NCBI RefSeq assembly: GCF_006345805.1
Contig: NC_043026.1
Span: 5,704,001 to 5,768,000, forward strand
Origin: Octopus sinensis
Taxonomy: Eukaryota
Length of the DNA stretch: 64,000 bases
Direction of reading: 5' to 3'
Below are positions 38,165 through 51,130 of this stretch, in pieces. Both the position numbers and the translations under genes were made by a program. Within the stretch, counting starts at the first letter, position 1; every line of letters begins with the position of its first letter. The notes beneath the pieces were generated by a model. That model was not told the DNA's origin. It worked only from the letters and a program-made list of their open reading frames with translations, and searched no databases.

Positions 38165-41100
38165 CTGCAGAGACAGACAGAGAGAGAGAAAAAAAATCAT
38201 AATTATTGTTTCAAACATCAGCCCAGGGCCAGCATGAGAAAAAAACAGGCATTAAATGAAAGACTTTTCATAGAAGAAGAGCACTATAGTTCACTTGAAG
38301 CATCAGAGTACGGAGGTAGAAAAATTAATGGAATAAGAAATAAGGAAAGCTTCTAACAATACAAAATGCTTTAAAAAATCCTTCATATTTCGGGTGGAAA
38401 GGCCATCTTCAGAAGAATATAGGCTTGGTTCTTTTTTTTTTTTTAAACTGCATCTTTAGAAGCTCTCGAGATTTCTCATTGTATTCATTTTTCTAATAAT
38501 TTTCATATCAATACAAAATTTTTCCTTCCCTTAACCCCTTTGTTATATTTCTGTTGAAATAGTGTTTGTTTTAATTACATAATGAAGAATTAGTAAAATA
38601 GCTTCATTATCATTAACACTTCAGCATTAAGATTACTGTCTAATGTAACCATTAGTCATTCACATCGTTTCGAATTAATCATGCATTAAGCTTGTAGCTT
38701 TGAAACTTCAATGACATGACTGTTTATGTTTAAGACGACATTGTCAGGGATGTGAGGCCAGGTATGGCTGGTTTATACTGGTCACACCAGACCCAAATAT
38801 TCAATCCATTTTATGTTCAAACCAGACAGATCCAGCCTCCCACACCTACCTTACAACATCATCATCATCATCGTTTAACATCTCTTTTCCATGCTAGCAT
38901 GGGTTGGACGGTTCGACCGGGGATCTGGGAAGCCAGAAGGCTGCACCAGGCTCCAGTCTTATCTGGCAATGCTTCTACAGCTGGATGCCCTTCCTAACGC
39001 CAACCACTCTGTGAGTGTAGTGGGTGCTTTTTACGTGACACCTGCACTGGTGCCAGGCGAGGCTGGCATCGGCCACTCGGATTGGTGCATTTTACGTACC
39101 ACCTGCAGGGAAGCCAGTCGAGGCGGCACTGGCTTCGGATGGTGCTTTTTACGTGCCACCGACACGGAAGCCAGTCGTGGCAGCGCTGGCATCAGCCACG
39201 ATTCGGATAGTGCTTTTTACGTATCTCCAGTCCAGGGTCCTGGCATCTGCCGGGTGCCAGTCATAGGATTGGTTCAATTTCGATTTCACTTGCCCCAACA
39301 GGTCTTTGCAAGCAAAGGGGGGTTGGCATAGGTGCCTGTCGTCGGATGAGGTTCGATATCGACTTCGCTTGCCTCAACAGGTCTTTGTGTGTCCAAGGGA
39401 GGAAAGGCATGCATAAGTGGGCTGGACTCACTTGTCCTGCCTGGTCTTTTCATCAATCTATAAAACAATCACATCATTGAAATCTCAAAGCTATAAGAAA
39501 TGATTAATTCAAAGCAATGTGAATAAATAAGCATTACATTTGACAGAATAGTCTGAAAGCTAAAGAGATAAGTCGGTGTCTGGAACATAAATCAACATAG
39601 AATCTTGACAGGAAGTTTCAATTTGGTGAAAATGTAATTCTTTAGCATCAAATGTAATCTTTATTAACATTGCTTTGAATTAACCATACATTATCTCATA
39701 GGTATTGGTCAGCTCCAAGTTAGAGTAGAAAAGGATTATCGGGTATTGATATAAAGCTGAGAAAACGAATTCCGTACCCACAGCCAAGGCTTAATCCAGA
39801 GCTATGTGGTTTGGAAGCAAGCTTCTTACCACAGCCACCAGTACATCATCATCATCGTTTAACGTCCGTTTTCCATGCTAGCATGGGTTAGACGGTTCAA
39901 CTGGAGTCTGGGAAGCCATGGAGGCTGCACCAGGCCCAGTCTGATCTGACAGTGTTTCTACAGGTGGATGCCCTTCTTAACGCCAACCACTCCGTGAGTG
40001 TAGTGGGTGCTTTTTACGTGCCACACGAGGCTGGCAAACGGCCATGATCAGATGGTGCTTTTTACATGCCACCGGCCACAATCGGATGGTGCATTTTACA
40101 TGCCACCGGCGCGGAGGCCAGTCGGGGCGGCACTGGCAATGGCCACATTCAGATGGTCCTCTTACTGATATCACAGCACTGGCAACGGCCACATTCAGAT
40201 GGTTCTCTTACTGATATCACAGCTAATTTCCATTGATGTTGATCAATTTCGATTTGATTTTCATTTTCACTTGCCTCAACAGGTCTACACATGTATAAAA
40301 TAAGCTGATAAAAAGAGTACAATGAACTTCCCAAGAGTGTCCATTCTTGTCCGTTGCCAGCCTTGCCTGGCCCCCGTGCCAGTGGCACATAAAAGCACCA
40401 TCCGCTCGTGTCCGTTGCCAGCCTCGCCTGGGCCCCGTGCCAGTGGCACATAATAGCACCATCCGTTCGTGTCCGTTGCCAGCTCCGTCTGGCACGTAAA
40501 AAGCACCTACTACACTCATGGAGTGGTTGGCGTTAGGAAGGGTATCCAGCCGTAGAAACACTGCCAGATCAGACTGGGCCTGATGCAGCCTTCTGGCTTC
40601 ACAGACCCTAGTTGAACCGTCCAACCCATGCTAGCATGGAAAGCGGACGCTAAATGATGATGATGATGATGAATGAGAAAAAAAATCTAGCATTTGGGAT
40701 AGAGTGCTTCCTCAGGGAAGAAGGAGAAATTAAAGGGACAGCAGAGAGTTACATCCTCTAAGTTTAAAGAAAAAACAAACCAGCTGCTTAGAGGATGTAA
40801 ACCTTTGCTGTCCCCCAATTTCTCTTTCAACTTTAACCCGGAAGGACTGTATCCAAAACGTTATCACAGAGCCTCAAGCATTGACATTACTTTTTCCAAT
40901 GTCAACAAAATCATTCACCCTCTGGGCCTTGTTCCTTCTAAGACAAGTAAAATAAAAGATTTCTTTCTTATAGAGACAGTAAGAGCATTTGGCTGTAAGA
41001 CAAAAACCTCAATAATATATTCGTGAAATCGAAATTGCTCAAAAAAATCAATGGAAATTGTAGTTGTGGTACCAGTGCCAGCCTCGCCTGGCCCCGATTG

Positions 41101-41740
41101 GCCTCTGTGCCGGTGGCACGTAAAAAGCACCCACTATACTTACGGAGTGGTTGGCATTAGGAAGGGCATCCAGCTGTAAAAACACTGCCAGATCAGACTG
41201 AAGCCTGGTGCAGCCTTCTGGCTTCCCAGTTGAACCGTCCAACCCATGCTAGCAAGGAAAGCGGACGTTAAACGATGATGATAATGATATATGCATGTAT
41301 ATTATATATATATATATATATATTATATGTGTATGTGTGTATGTATGTATATATATATGTATGAATATCACTCACTACACTCACGGAGTGGTTGGCGTTA
41401 GGAAGGGCATCCAGCTGTAGAAACAGTCAGATCAGACTGGGCCTGGTGCAGCCTCCTGGCTTCCCAGACCCCAGTTGAACCGTCTAACCCATGCTAGCAT
41501 GGAAAGCAGACGCTAAACGAAGATGGTTGAGGTGGGATGAAAATATTTAAGCGTCTCTTACAAATTTTGTGAAGTGTGATGCAGTAATTTGTTATTTGAT
41601 CTGTGTTGCACAAAGTCAAAGCATTGAGAACCACAGGCTTGATGACAAAGTGCAATGCACTTGATCTTGATTGGGGTGAAGAGTTACCGTATTTTCCAGC
41701 ACAAGTTGATGTAAGCTGTGAAAAGAAGGGCCAAGTTCTA

Positions 41741-41863
41741 ATTGTGAAGGTTACCTGTGGTAGATCAAGGAAGACGTGGAATAAAGTGGTGGGAAAGGAT
41801 CTTGGGACGCTAGGCTTCACTGAGGAAATGACAAAGGACTAGATGTGGCAATTTGCTGTACTT
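41741..41863 (+). mobile_element. Degenerate RTE-clade LINE 3' fragment
   Basis: Translation CGRSRKTWNKVVGKDLGTLGFTEEMTKD-x-DVWQFAVL fits the RTE C-terminal GRPRKTW...DR..W pattern. Confidence 0.6.
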
Positions 41864-42167
41864 AATAATACATATCAAGCTAAGTAAAATGGACCTGTGG
41901 CATAAAATATATAAAATATCAACCTAGATAAAATGAGATGGTCTTCAATGGAACACACGTGGCAACAAGTCAGCAGGAACCTAACACAAATCTGCTGGAC
42001 CGACCTAGGGCTAAATGAAAAAATCAACAAAATTGACCAACAATGATTCAGTGAGAGGGAAAAGTTGTCTTAGATGAGATGGTCACAAACGGAATACAAA
42101 TCCAGTGATTGAAATCCCAAGAGGACAAACCACCCAAAACACACGAGATGGGATTATTCAGACTTAC

Positions 42168-42252
42168 TTGAATCTTCTGTAAACTGATTTCAAATGCTTC
42201 ATACGACCAGTTCCAGTGGTCCTCCTCCTACGTGACTTTACACTCCAGTTGT
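42168..42252 (-). CDS. RPL37: RPL37 exon 3 (85 bp): [28 protein letters not shown]
   Basis: Contains the eL37 signature NWS...TTGTGRM. Bounded by tgtttcag| and |gtaagt, and the phase fits exons 2 and 4. Confidence 0.99.
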
Positions 42253-43271
42253 CTGAAACACAAAGAAAACAACTCTTCATTGGGTCAGTCATTACAGGAA
42301 AAAAAAATACACAGGCCTCACTTCAATCATTAACTTTTTTCAGAACAACCCGCTGTGCTTGAGGAGACCTATTGAGTCAAGTACATGAACACCAAAATAA
42401 ATATCAATGGAAATAGTAGTTGTGATACCTATGCCGGTGACACATAAAAAGCACCATCCGAACGTGGCCGATGCCATCTCCGCCTTGACTGGCTTCCGTG
42501 CCAGTGGAACGTAAAAAGCATCATCCGAATGTGGCCGATGCCAGTGCCGCCTTGACTGGCTTCCGTGCCGGTAGCATGTTAAAAGCACCAACCGATCGTG
42601 GCCACTGCCAGACTCCCCTGGCACGTAAAAAGCACCCACTACACTCACGGAGTGGTTGGCATTAGGAAGGGCATCGAGCTGTAGAAACACTGCCAGATCA
42701 AGACTGGAGCCTGGTGCAGCCTCCTGGCTTCCCAAACCCTGGTCGAACCGCCCAACCCGTGCTAGCGCAGAAAACGGATGATGTCCCATTTCAAAATCTT
42801 GAAGGAACATAGCTTAGGGTATTCAACTCGCTAAAACGTACGGTTGTGAGTTTGATTTCCAGTGGTGCGTTGGCTCCTTCAGCAAGACACTCTATCTCAC
42901 ATTGCTCCAATCCACCCAGCTATTTGAAAGGACCAGCCTTGTCATGTTGAATTTCCCCCCGAGAACTACATTGAAGACTTTATTTACATTTGTCCTCATC
43001 TTGTTTGTTGTTAACACGTTTTAAAGTGTACATTTCTGTGCTTGGTTGAGGCAGAATTTCTACAGCCTACCTTGTAACCACCTTTACCTGATTCCAAATA
43101 AGGTAATATTTCCTCATAGCCAGACATGTTCTCACAGAATGGAAATAAATCATACTGCTAGTATGGCAGTGAAACACATTTACAACTGTCACACAACATC
43201 AAGACAATACAATACAATACACACATACACAAGTTGATTTGGTAGACGGGATCTGAAAAAACCCTATTGTA

Positions 43272-43662
43272 TATTTCAGTCATATTATGCGGAGAGAATC
43301 CCTGGAGAAGGACATCATGCTCGGAATGGTCAGTGGCAAGAGAGCAAGAGGCCGGCCAAGAACCCACTGGCTTGACACCATCAGCAGTGATACCGGAATG
43401 GACATGGCCAATCTGAAAGAAGCAGCCCAGGATAGAACTGACTGGAGGACACTGATCCAACGAGTGACTGAGAGTTGACTTCGACTGAGCGGATATATAT
43501 ATATATATTATATATACGGAATGGTCAGTGGCAAGAGAGCAAGAGGCCAGCCAAGAACCCACTGGCTTGACACCATCAGCAGTGATACCGGAATGGACAT
43601 GGCCAATCTGAAAGAAGCGGCCCAGGATAGAACTGACTGAGAGTCGACTTCGACTGAGCGGT
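43272..43662 (+). mobile_element. RTE/Bov-B-like LINE 3' end, tandemly duplicated
   Basis: YFSHIMRRESLEKDIMLGMVSGKRARGRPRTHWLD...AAQDRTDWRTLIQRVTES resembles the Bov-B ORF C-terminus. A second partial copy lies at ~43516-43662. Confidence 0.88.
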
Positions 43663-43779
43663 TAGAGAGAGAGATTCTTCAGATTGTGTAATAGTTGTAA
43701 ATGAGTCACTGTCATAAAATGAGTATCCATCATTCATTCATTTCAAATATTCCATTGATAACAGGAAAGGCATCCAGTT

Positions 43780-44760
43780 ACTCTTTTACTTGTTTCAGTC
43801 ACTTAACTGCAGCCATGCTGGAGCACCGCCTCTAGTCGAGCAAATCGACCCCAGGACATTCTTTGTAAGCCTAGTACTTATTCTATCGGTCTCTTTTGCT
43901 GAACCGCTAAGTTACAGGGACATACACATATATATATGACAGGCTTCTTTCAGTTTCCGTCTACCAAATCCACTCACAAGGCTTTGGTCGGCCCGAGGTT
44001 ATAGTAGAAGACACTTGCCCAAGATGCCACGCAATGGGACTGAACCCTGAACCATGTCGTTTGTAAGCAAGGTACTTACCACACAGCCACTCCTACGCCT
44101 ATTTATATACATATATACGACAGGCTTCTTTCAGTTTCCGTCTACCAAATCCATTCACAAGGCTTTGGTCGGCCCGAGGTTATAGTAGAAGACACTTGCC
44201 CAAGATGCCACGCAGTGGGACTGAACCCTGAACCATGTCGTTTGTAAGCAAGGTACTTACCACACAGCCACTCCTACGCCTATTTATATACATATATACG
44301 ACAGGCTTCTTTCAGTTTCCGTCTACCAAATCCATTCACAAGGCTTTGGTCGGCCCGAGGTTATAGTAGAAGACACTTGCCCAAGATGCCACGCAATGGG
44401 ACTGAACCCTGAACCATGTCGTTTGTAAGCAAGGTACTTACCACACAGCCACTCCTACGCCTATTTATATACATATATACGACAGGCTTCTTTCAGTTTC
44501 CGTCTACCAAATTCATTCACAAGGCTTTGGTCGGCCCGAGGTTATAGTAGAAGACACTTGCCCAAGATGCCACGCAATGGGACTGAACCCTGAACCATGT
44601 CGTTTGTAAGCAAGGTACTTACCACACAGCCACTCCTACGCCTATTTATATACATATATACGACAGGCTTCTTTCAGTTTCCGTCTACCAAATCCATTCA
44701 CAAGGCTTTGGTCGGCCCGAGGTTATAGTAGAAGACACTTGCCTAAGGTGCCACTCAGTT
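43780..44760 (-). repeat. SINE A with ~5 tandem 181-bp head units (RPL37 intron 2)
   Basis: Near-identical GACAGGCTTCTTTCAG units at ~181-bp spacing. Confidence 0.9.
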
Positions 44761-46312
44761 TGTCCCCTCTGTTTATCTCCTTGATTGTGAAAACACAATT
44801 TTATAAAGTACATTTAACCCTTTAGCATTTACAAGCTATATTTGTTCAAACCAGTTATATCCAGCCCCTCACACCTACCCTACAATGTTATTCTTCAAAT
44901 AATTGCATCACTGAAATCTCAAAGCTACAAGATCTTTACTGTTAAATTTAACTTCAAGTTATTAAGAGCCAATCATACTCCTGTGCATGGTAATTATTTC
45001 ATCATCATCTTCATTTAGCGTCTGCTTACCATGCTAGCATGGGTTGGATGGTTCAACTGGGGTCTGGGAAGCCAGAAGGCTGCACCAGGCCCAGTCTGAT
45101 CTGGCAGTGTTTCTACAGCTGGATGCCCTTCCTAACGCCAACCACTCCATGAGTGTAGTGGGTGCCTTTTACGTGCCAGGCGAGGCTGGCAAACGACCAC
45201 AATTGGATGGTGCTCTTTACGTGCCATTGGCACGAGGCCAGTCGGGGCCCTACTCTGGGCACAAGCGCCAAAAAATTGGGGGGGGGGGCAGTTAATTATA
45301 TCTACCACAGTATGCAACTGGTACTTAATTCATCAACCCATAAAGGACGAAAGGCAAAGTCAACTTCGGCGGAATTTGAACTCAGAACAAAGACAAATGA
45401 AATACCCACTAAGCATTTCACCTGGCGTGCTAACATTTCTGCCAGCTTGCCGCCTCAACTATTTCATATATTACTGAGTCTCTTGCATTAGTTCATCACT
45501 GTGCATGTGCATTTATTTAAATGTGTCGTTATTTCAATTTGTGGCTTTCTTAAAATATTTTGATAAACAACATTGTTGGCTCCTAGCTCTTTATGGCGCA
45601 ACTGTATTGTATGCAAATGTACACATCATCTATTTTCTTTATTACTCACAAGGAGATAAACATAGAGGGGGCAAACAAGGACAGGCAAAGGGATTAAGTT
45701 GATTACATCAACCCCAGTGCGTAAATAGTACTTAATTCATCAACCCCGAAAGGATGAAAGGCAAAGTCGGCCCAGGTGGAATTTGAACACAACGTAGCAA
45801 CAGATGAAATACCTATTTCTTTACGACCCACAAGGGGCTAAACACTGAGAGGACAAACAAGGACAGACAAACGGATGAAGTCGATTACATAGACCCCAGT
45901 GCGTTACTGGCACTTATTTAATCGACCCCGAAAGGATGAAGGGCAAAGTCGACCTTGGCGGAATTTGAATCCAGAACGTAGCAACAGATGAAATACCGCT
46001 AAGCATTTCGTCCGGCGTGCTAACGTCTCTTATTTCTTTATTGCCCACAAGGGGCTAAACAAGGACAGACAAAGGGATTAAGTCGATTACATCGACCCCA
46101 TTGCGTAACTGGTACTTAATTCATCGATCCCGAAAGGATGAAAGGCAAAGTTGACCTCGGTGGAATTTGAACTCAGAACGTAAAGACAGACGAAATACCG
46201 CTAAGCATTTCACCCGGCGTGCTAACGTTTCTGCCAGCTCACCGCTGTACCCATCATCTGGCATTGCACTCAGAAAATTTTCAACAAGAGATTTGATATA
46301 AACTGAACTTAC

Positions 46313-46448
46313 ATGTCCTCTTACGAGCATTTGGATAGCCACAGGAAGCACATCGTTTCTTTTGAATGTGGAACGAGCGTCGGCCACACCTCCTACAGTG
46401 GGTGTGTGACTTGTCATTCCTCTTACCAAAACTTGAGGTACCCTTTGT
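46313..46448 (-). CDS. RPL37: RPL37 exon 2 (136 bp): [45 protein letters not shown]
   Basis: Manual translation matches the eL37 N-terminus with zinc-finger cysteines C19/C22/C34/C37. Bounded by ttctttcag| and |gtaagt. Confidence 0.99.
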
Positions 46449-49109
46449 CTGAAAGAAGCAAACAGTGAAAGCATTAGCGACTTACAAACTCGACACGCTT
46501 CAAATGGTTTAATGTCGATCAACATCAATGGAAATTGCAGCTGTGATACCAGTGCCGGTGGCACGTAAGAGAACCATCCGAACGTGGCCGTTGCCAGCGC
46601 CGCCCCGACTGGCCTCGGGCCAGTGGCACGTAAAAAGCACCATCCGATCGTGGCACGTAAAAGACACCATCCGATTGTGGCCGTTTGCCAGCCTCGTCTG
46701 GTACCTGTGCCAGTGGCACGTAAAAGGCACCCACTACACGCACGGAGTGGTTGGCGTTAGGAAGGGCATCCAGCTGTAGAAACATTGCCAGATCAGACTG
46801 GGCCTGGTGCAGCCTTCTGGCTTCCCAGACCCCAGTTGAACCGTCCAATGCATGCTAGCATGGAAAACGGATGCTAAACGATGATGATGTGAAATGCAGA
46901 ATTTAGAAAGACAGTGATAACATCTGAATATTTACACCACAAACTACATTGAGTTGTATCTCAGAAAATACAGTATAAGTGTATGTTTGGCAGTGTACAT
47001 GTAACGTATATATACTGTACTTTCTGGCAAAGTTGAACTTTGCAGACCAGAATTTACAGCCAACAAATATTAGGATGGTTTATATACCAAGATGATTTTG
47101 GAAGAGCAAAATTTCCATGTGAAATGCAGCAGGGTTTCGAAAGATAGTGATGATGTTTACCATTTAGCATTCAAACCAAGTATATCCAGCCCAAATATTT
47201 TACTTGTTTTATACTCAAAAACCTTCTCAAACCCTGGTTTCCTTGGCATATAGGTTCCCCACCTGGACAGGACGCCGGTCCGTCGCAGGTGAGCTAGCTG
47301 CAAGATGCAGGAGGAAAGAGTGAGAGAAAGTTGTGGCGAAAGAGTCAGCAGAAGTTCACCATTACCTTCTGCCGGAGCCGTGTGGAGCTTAGATGTTTCG
47401 CTCATAAACACACACATCGCCTGGTCTGAGATTCGAACCCATGATCCCTCGACCACGAGTCCGCTGCTCTAACCACTAGGCCATGTGCCTTAATTTTATG
47501 CTCAAAATGGCCAGATCCAACCTCTCAAATCTATCCTATGAAGTCTTTTCAGGTATAAACAGTCATATTACCAAAATCTCAAAGCTATGGTGTAATGCAG
47601 GATTAATTTGAAAGAATGCAAATAAATAAGCTGATTTGAATACTAAAGGGTTGGAAAATACACACGGGTAATGTGGCTGATGTTGGTGTTGTGGAACTAG
47701 CCCCCATGCTGGTGGCACATAAAAAGCACCTTTCAAGCACTTGGACTCACGGAAGCAATGACAAATGACCGAGGCTTTTGGTAATATGCTGTGCTTGAGA
47801 AAGGGGATCCACCAAGCGAAGTGAAATAGTAGTCGTGGCAGAGACTCGTGTCATGCAACCGGCACCCATCACACTTTGGGAGTGGTTGGCATTAGGAAGG
47901 GCATCCAGCCATAGAAACCATGCCAAACCAGATGAGTCTGGTGCAGCCCTGGTCAAATGGTCCAACCTATACCAGCATGGACAACGGGCGTTAAATGATG
48001 ATGATTATGACCAAGAATTATGTCCCCGTTCCACCTGTGGTAGAATACTTAGGTGAATCTGAATTCAGTTGTTTTTTGTCATTCAAGACAAAATCTAGAA
48101 ATCTTTTGACCCCCACATATAGACCTGTCGAACAACACCAGCAACTAAGTCCCACATTTTGATAAAATGGAACAAAGTGGTCACTGAATTTATGTTCATA
48201 TTTGTAAAGATTTCATGGTTTACCTTCTAATTGTTCAATTTACATTTGTATTTAATGCATTGAGCCAAAAGCTTAATATTTTGGCTTAAATTGTATAAGA
48301 TTTGGCATTCCTTCGATATAACTTGACAAAATCAAAGCATTTCACTTCGGATATTTCCGTGGAAGCAAATGACAGTTCGATTCTGTTTTCTGCTTGGAAA
48401 TTTGCAGATTTTACATACACACATGAAACAGATAAGAACAAATATGCTAGGCTTTTTTTCCTTCAAGTTTAAAACGAGACATTGCTGGCATAATTTCGTT
48501 ATATCTATACTCCACAACCCACGGAGATACCCTAAATGAAATGTTTTGGTTTTGTCGAGTTATATCGAACGAATGCCTTTATATTTTCATGTGATATTGC
48601 TGCTAAGTAAAAAAAAAAAAAAATTGGGAACCCTAATCCTAACCAGAAAACAGATTAGTAAATCACGAGATGGCCATGCTTGGACTGTCTTTGCTTACAG
48701 GGTCTACTGGATCGGCACTGATTTTGGAACGAAACAGCCTTCCTTATGCATCAGTACCTGACCCACCCCCATACGTAACTTACACAATCAAATTTAATGA
48801 GGAGCTGGTTTAACAGACAGTATCCATCAGTAATTCATTGAAGAGAACAAGGGGGACAAACTCCACCACAAGATTGCTTTCAGAATATTATACAGAATAG
48901 CCATAGTAGGAATACCTATTTCTTTATTACCCACAAGGGGACAAACAAGGACAGGCATAGGTTTTAAGTCGATTACATCGACCCCAGTGTTTTACTGGTA
49001 CTTAATTTATCGACCCCGAAAGGATGAAAGGCAAAGTCGACCTCGGCGGAATTTGAACTCAGAACATAGCGGCAGGAATACCTTTGATCCCACGCCTGGC
49101 CTGGGGCCA

Positions 49110-49588
49110 TATACCATGTAATCAACCAATATATATATACAACCATACACATCTGTACATGTATGATATATAATCAACCAATATATATATAACCATACAC
49201 ATCTATGCTATGTAATCAACCTATATATATATATATATATATATAGATACAACCATACACATCTATACATGTATGCTATATAATCAACCTATATATATAT
49301 ATACATACAACCATACACATAGATACATGTATGCTATATAATCAATATATATATACAACCATACACATCTATGCTATATAATCAATATATATATACAACC
49401 ATACACATCTATGCTATATAATCTTGACCAGAAATGGCCTGAACTCTTTGCATGAACACCCTCCCTGTACATAACTCCATGTCCCCCTACATGGCCTTGC
49501 TTTTTGACCCCCAAAATTAAATCAACTTATAATCAACCAATATATATATACAACCATACTCATCTATACATGTATGCTATATAATGAA

Positions 49589-49631
<43 letters not shown>

Positions 49632-49965
49632 CTATACATCTATGCTATATAATCAACCAATATACATATATACACACACACACACACACATCTATACATG
49701 TATGCTATATAATCAACCAATATATATACACACATCTATACATGTATGCTATATAATCAACCAATATATATACACACATCTATACATGTATGCTATATAA
49801 TCAACCATTATATATATAACCATACACATCTATGCTATATAATCAACCAATATATATATACATCTATGCTATATAATCAACCAATATATATATACATCTA
49901 TGCTATATAATCAACCAATATATATATACATCTATGCTATATAATCAACCAATATATATATATAT
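49110..49965. repeat. ~30-46-bp minisatellite in RPL37 intron 1
   Basis: Unit GCTATATAATCAACCAATATATATATACACATCTATACATGTAT, interrupted at ~49425-49520. Confidence 0.9.
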
Positions 49966-50427
49966 ATATACGCAACTCATCAGTTTGGTATAAGCCACAC
50001 AGAAGCAATTATAGACTCACAGTCAGTCCATTGGTGAAACACACGTGTCTAAGTAAGACTGGAGTCACTTTTTACAATAAAATATCTAGTTTTACATTAA
50101 TTAATGTTGTAAATACTACTGTCTACACAATATATAAGTATATTATAAGCCTAATTAATATTATAGGTAAGTATTATTATACATAAACACGACTAATGCT
50201 GATAATGTCGGTTATAGTAATAGAAAGAAGGCACCATGTCGACCGAACCATCCCATGATAAAACAATGATTTAAAACAAGTTAATTAGGATAGGGGAACT
50301 GAAATAGAAGCATTCGAAATGATTTAATAGGAATGGGGACATGAAATATTAACAGAAAATCAATGTTTGCAGCATAAATACGGGAGATGATTAAGGATTA
50401 AGAAGAGACAGAGATATATTCACTCAC

Positions 50428-50430
50428 CAT
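50428..50430 (-). CDS. RPL37: RPL37 exon 1 coding part (ATG only)
   Basis: Minus strand reads CTACAAAAATG|GTGAGT, i.e. ATG directly followed by a canonical donor, as in other metazoan RPL37 genes. Confidence 0.93.
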
Positions 50431-50439
50431 TTTTGTAGC

Positions 50440-50490
50440 GGTAAAGACTGAAAGGACTAGAGCCTCGTTTTGCCTAGCGGAAGTGGATGT
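50440..50490 (-). promoter_or_regulatory. RPL37: RPL37 core promoter: TCT/5'TOP-like pyrimidine initiator plus ETS-type site
   Basis: Minus strand GTCCTTTCAGTCTTTACC lies 16-24 nt upstream of the ATG (candidate C+1 at 50454 or 50446). CGGAAGTG at 50478-50485. Both are typical of ribosomal protein promoters. Confidence 0.7.
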
Positions 50491-51130
50491 GAGAGTTGCG
50501 TGTAAAAGCTGATGAAAAGAAATTTAAATTTGACGGAACGAAATTATAGTCTGTGTGTATATGCGTGCATTTATGTATGTATGTGTATATGTGCATTATA
50601 TATGTATGTGTGTGTGTATTTATTTTAATTTGAGACAGTCATCAGAGTGCAGGGTATTCGACTTGAATTCGTCTGCCGTTAACGTTCTGAGTTCAAATTC
50701 CGCCGAGGTCGACTTTGCCTTTCATCCTTTCGGGGTCGATTAAATAAATACCAGTTACGCACTGGGGTCGATGTAATCGACTTTGTCTGTCCTTATTTGT
50801 TCCTTCTGTGTTTAGCCCCTTGTGGGTAGTAAAGAAATAGGTATTCGACTTGAAGGATTTAGTCGAACAAACAGATTTTTAAATAATTTTATTTTATCCG
50901 ACACTTTTGTTACAACTTCTATGTTGCGGGGATGCAAACAAACCAGCAGCGGTTGTCAGTTGGTGACGGAGGACAAATATATAGATATGCTCGTGCACAT
51001 AAATGTATAAATGTGGCCATGCTGGTGCAGTGACATGAAGAATTTTTAGCCAAATGAATCTACCCTAGTACTTATTTTGTTTTAAACCTGGTATTTAATA
51101 CAGTTCTATATTTAAAAGATGAGGAATTAT

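Noticed and set aside
40748-40762. miR-30-like sequence TTACATCCTC in the hairpin
   Set aside because: Only partial similarity, and the seed region does not match
38165-50427. C/D snoRNA (vertebrate RPL37 hosts SNORD72)
   Set aside because: By eye I found no sense-strand RTGATGA...CTGA pair with a terminal stem outside (GAT)n tails. An Infernal search is needed to exclude it
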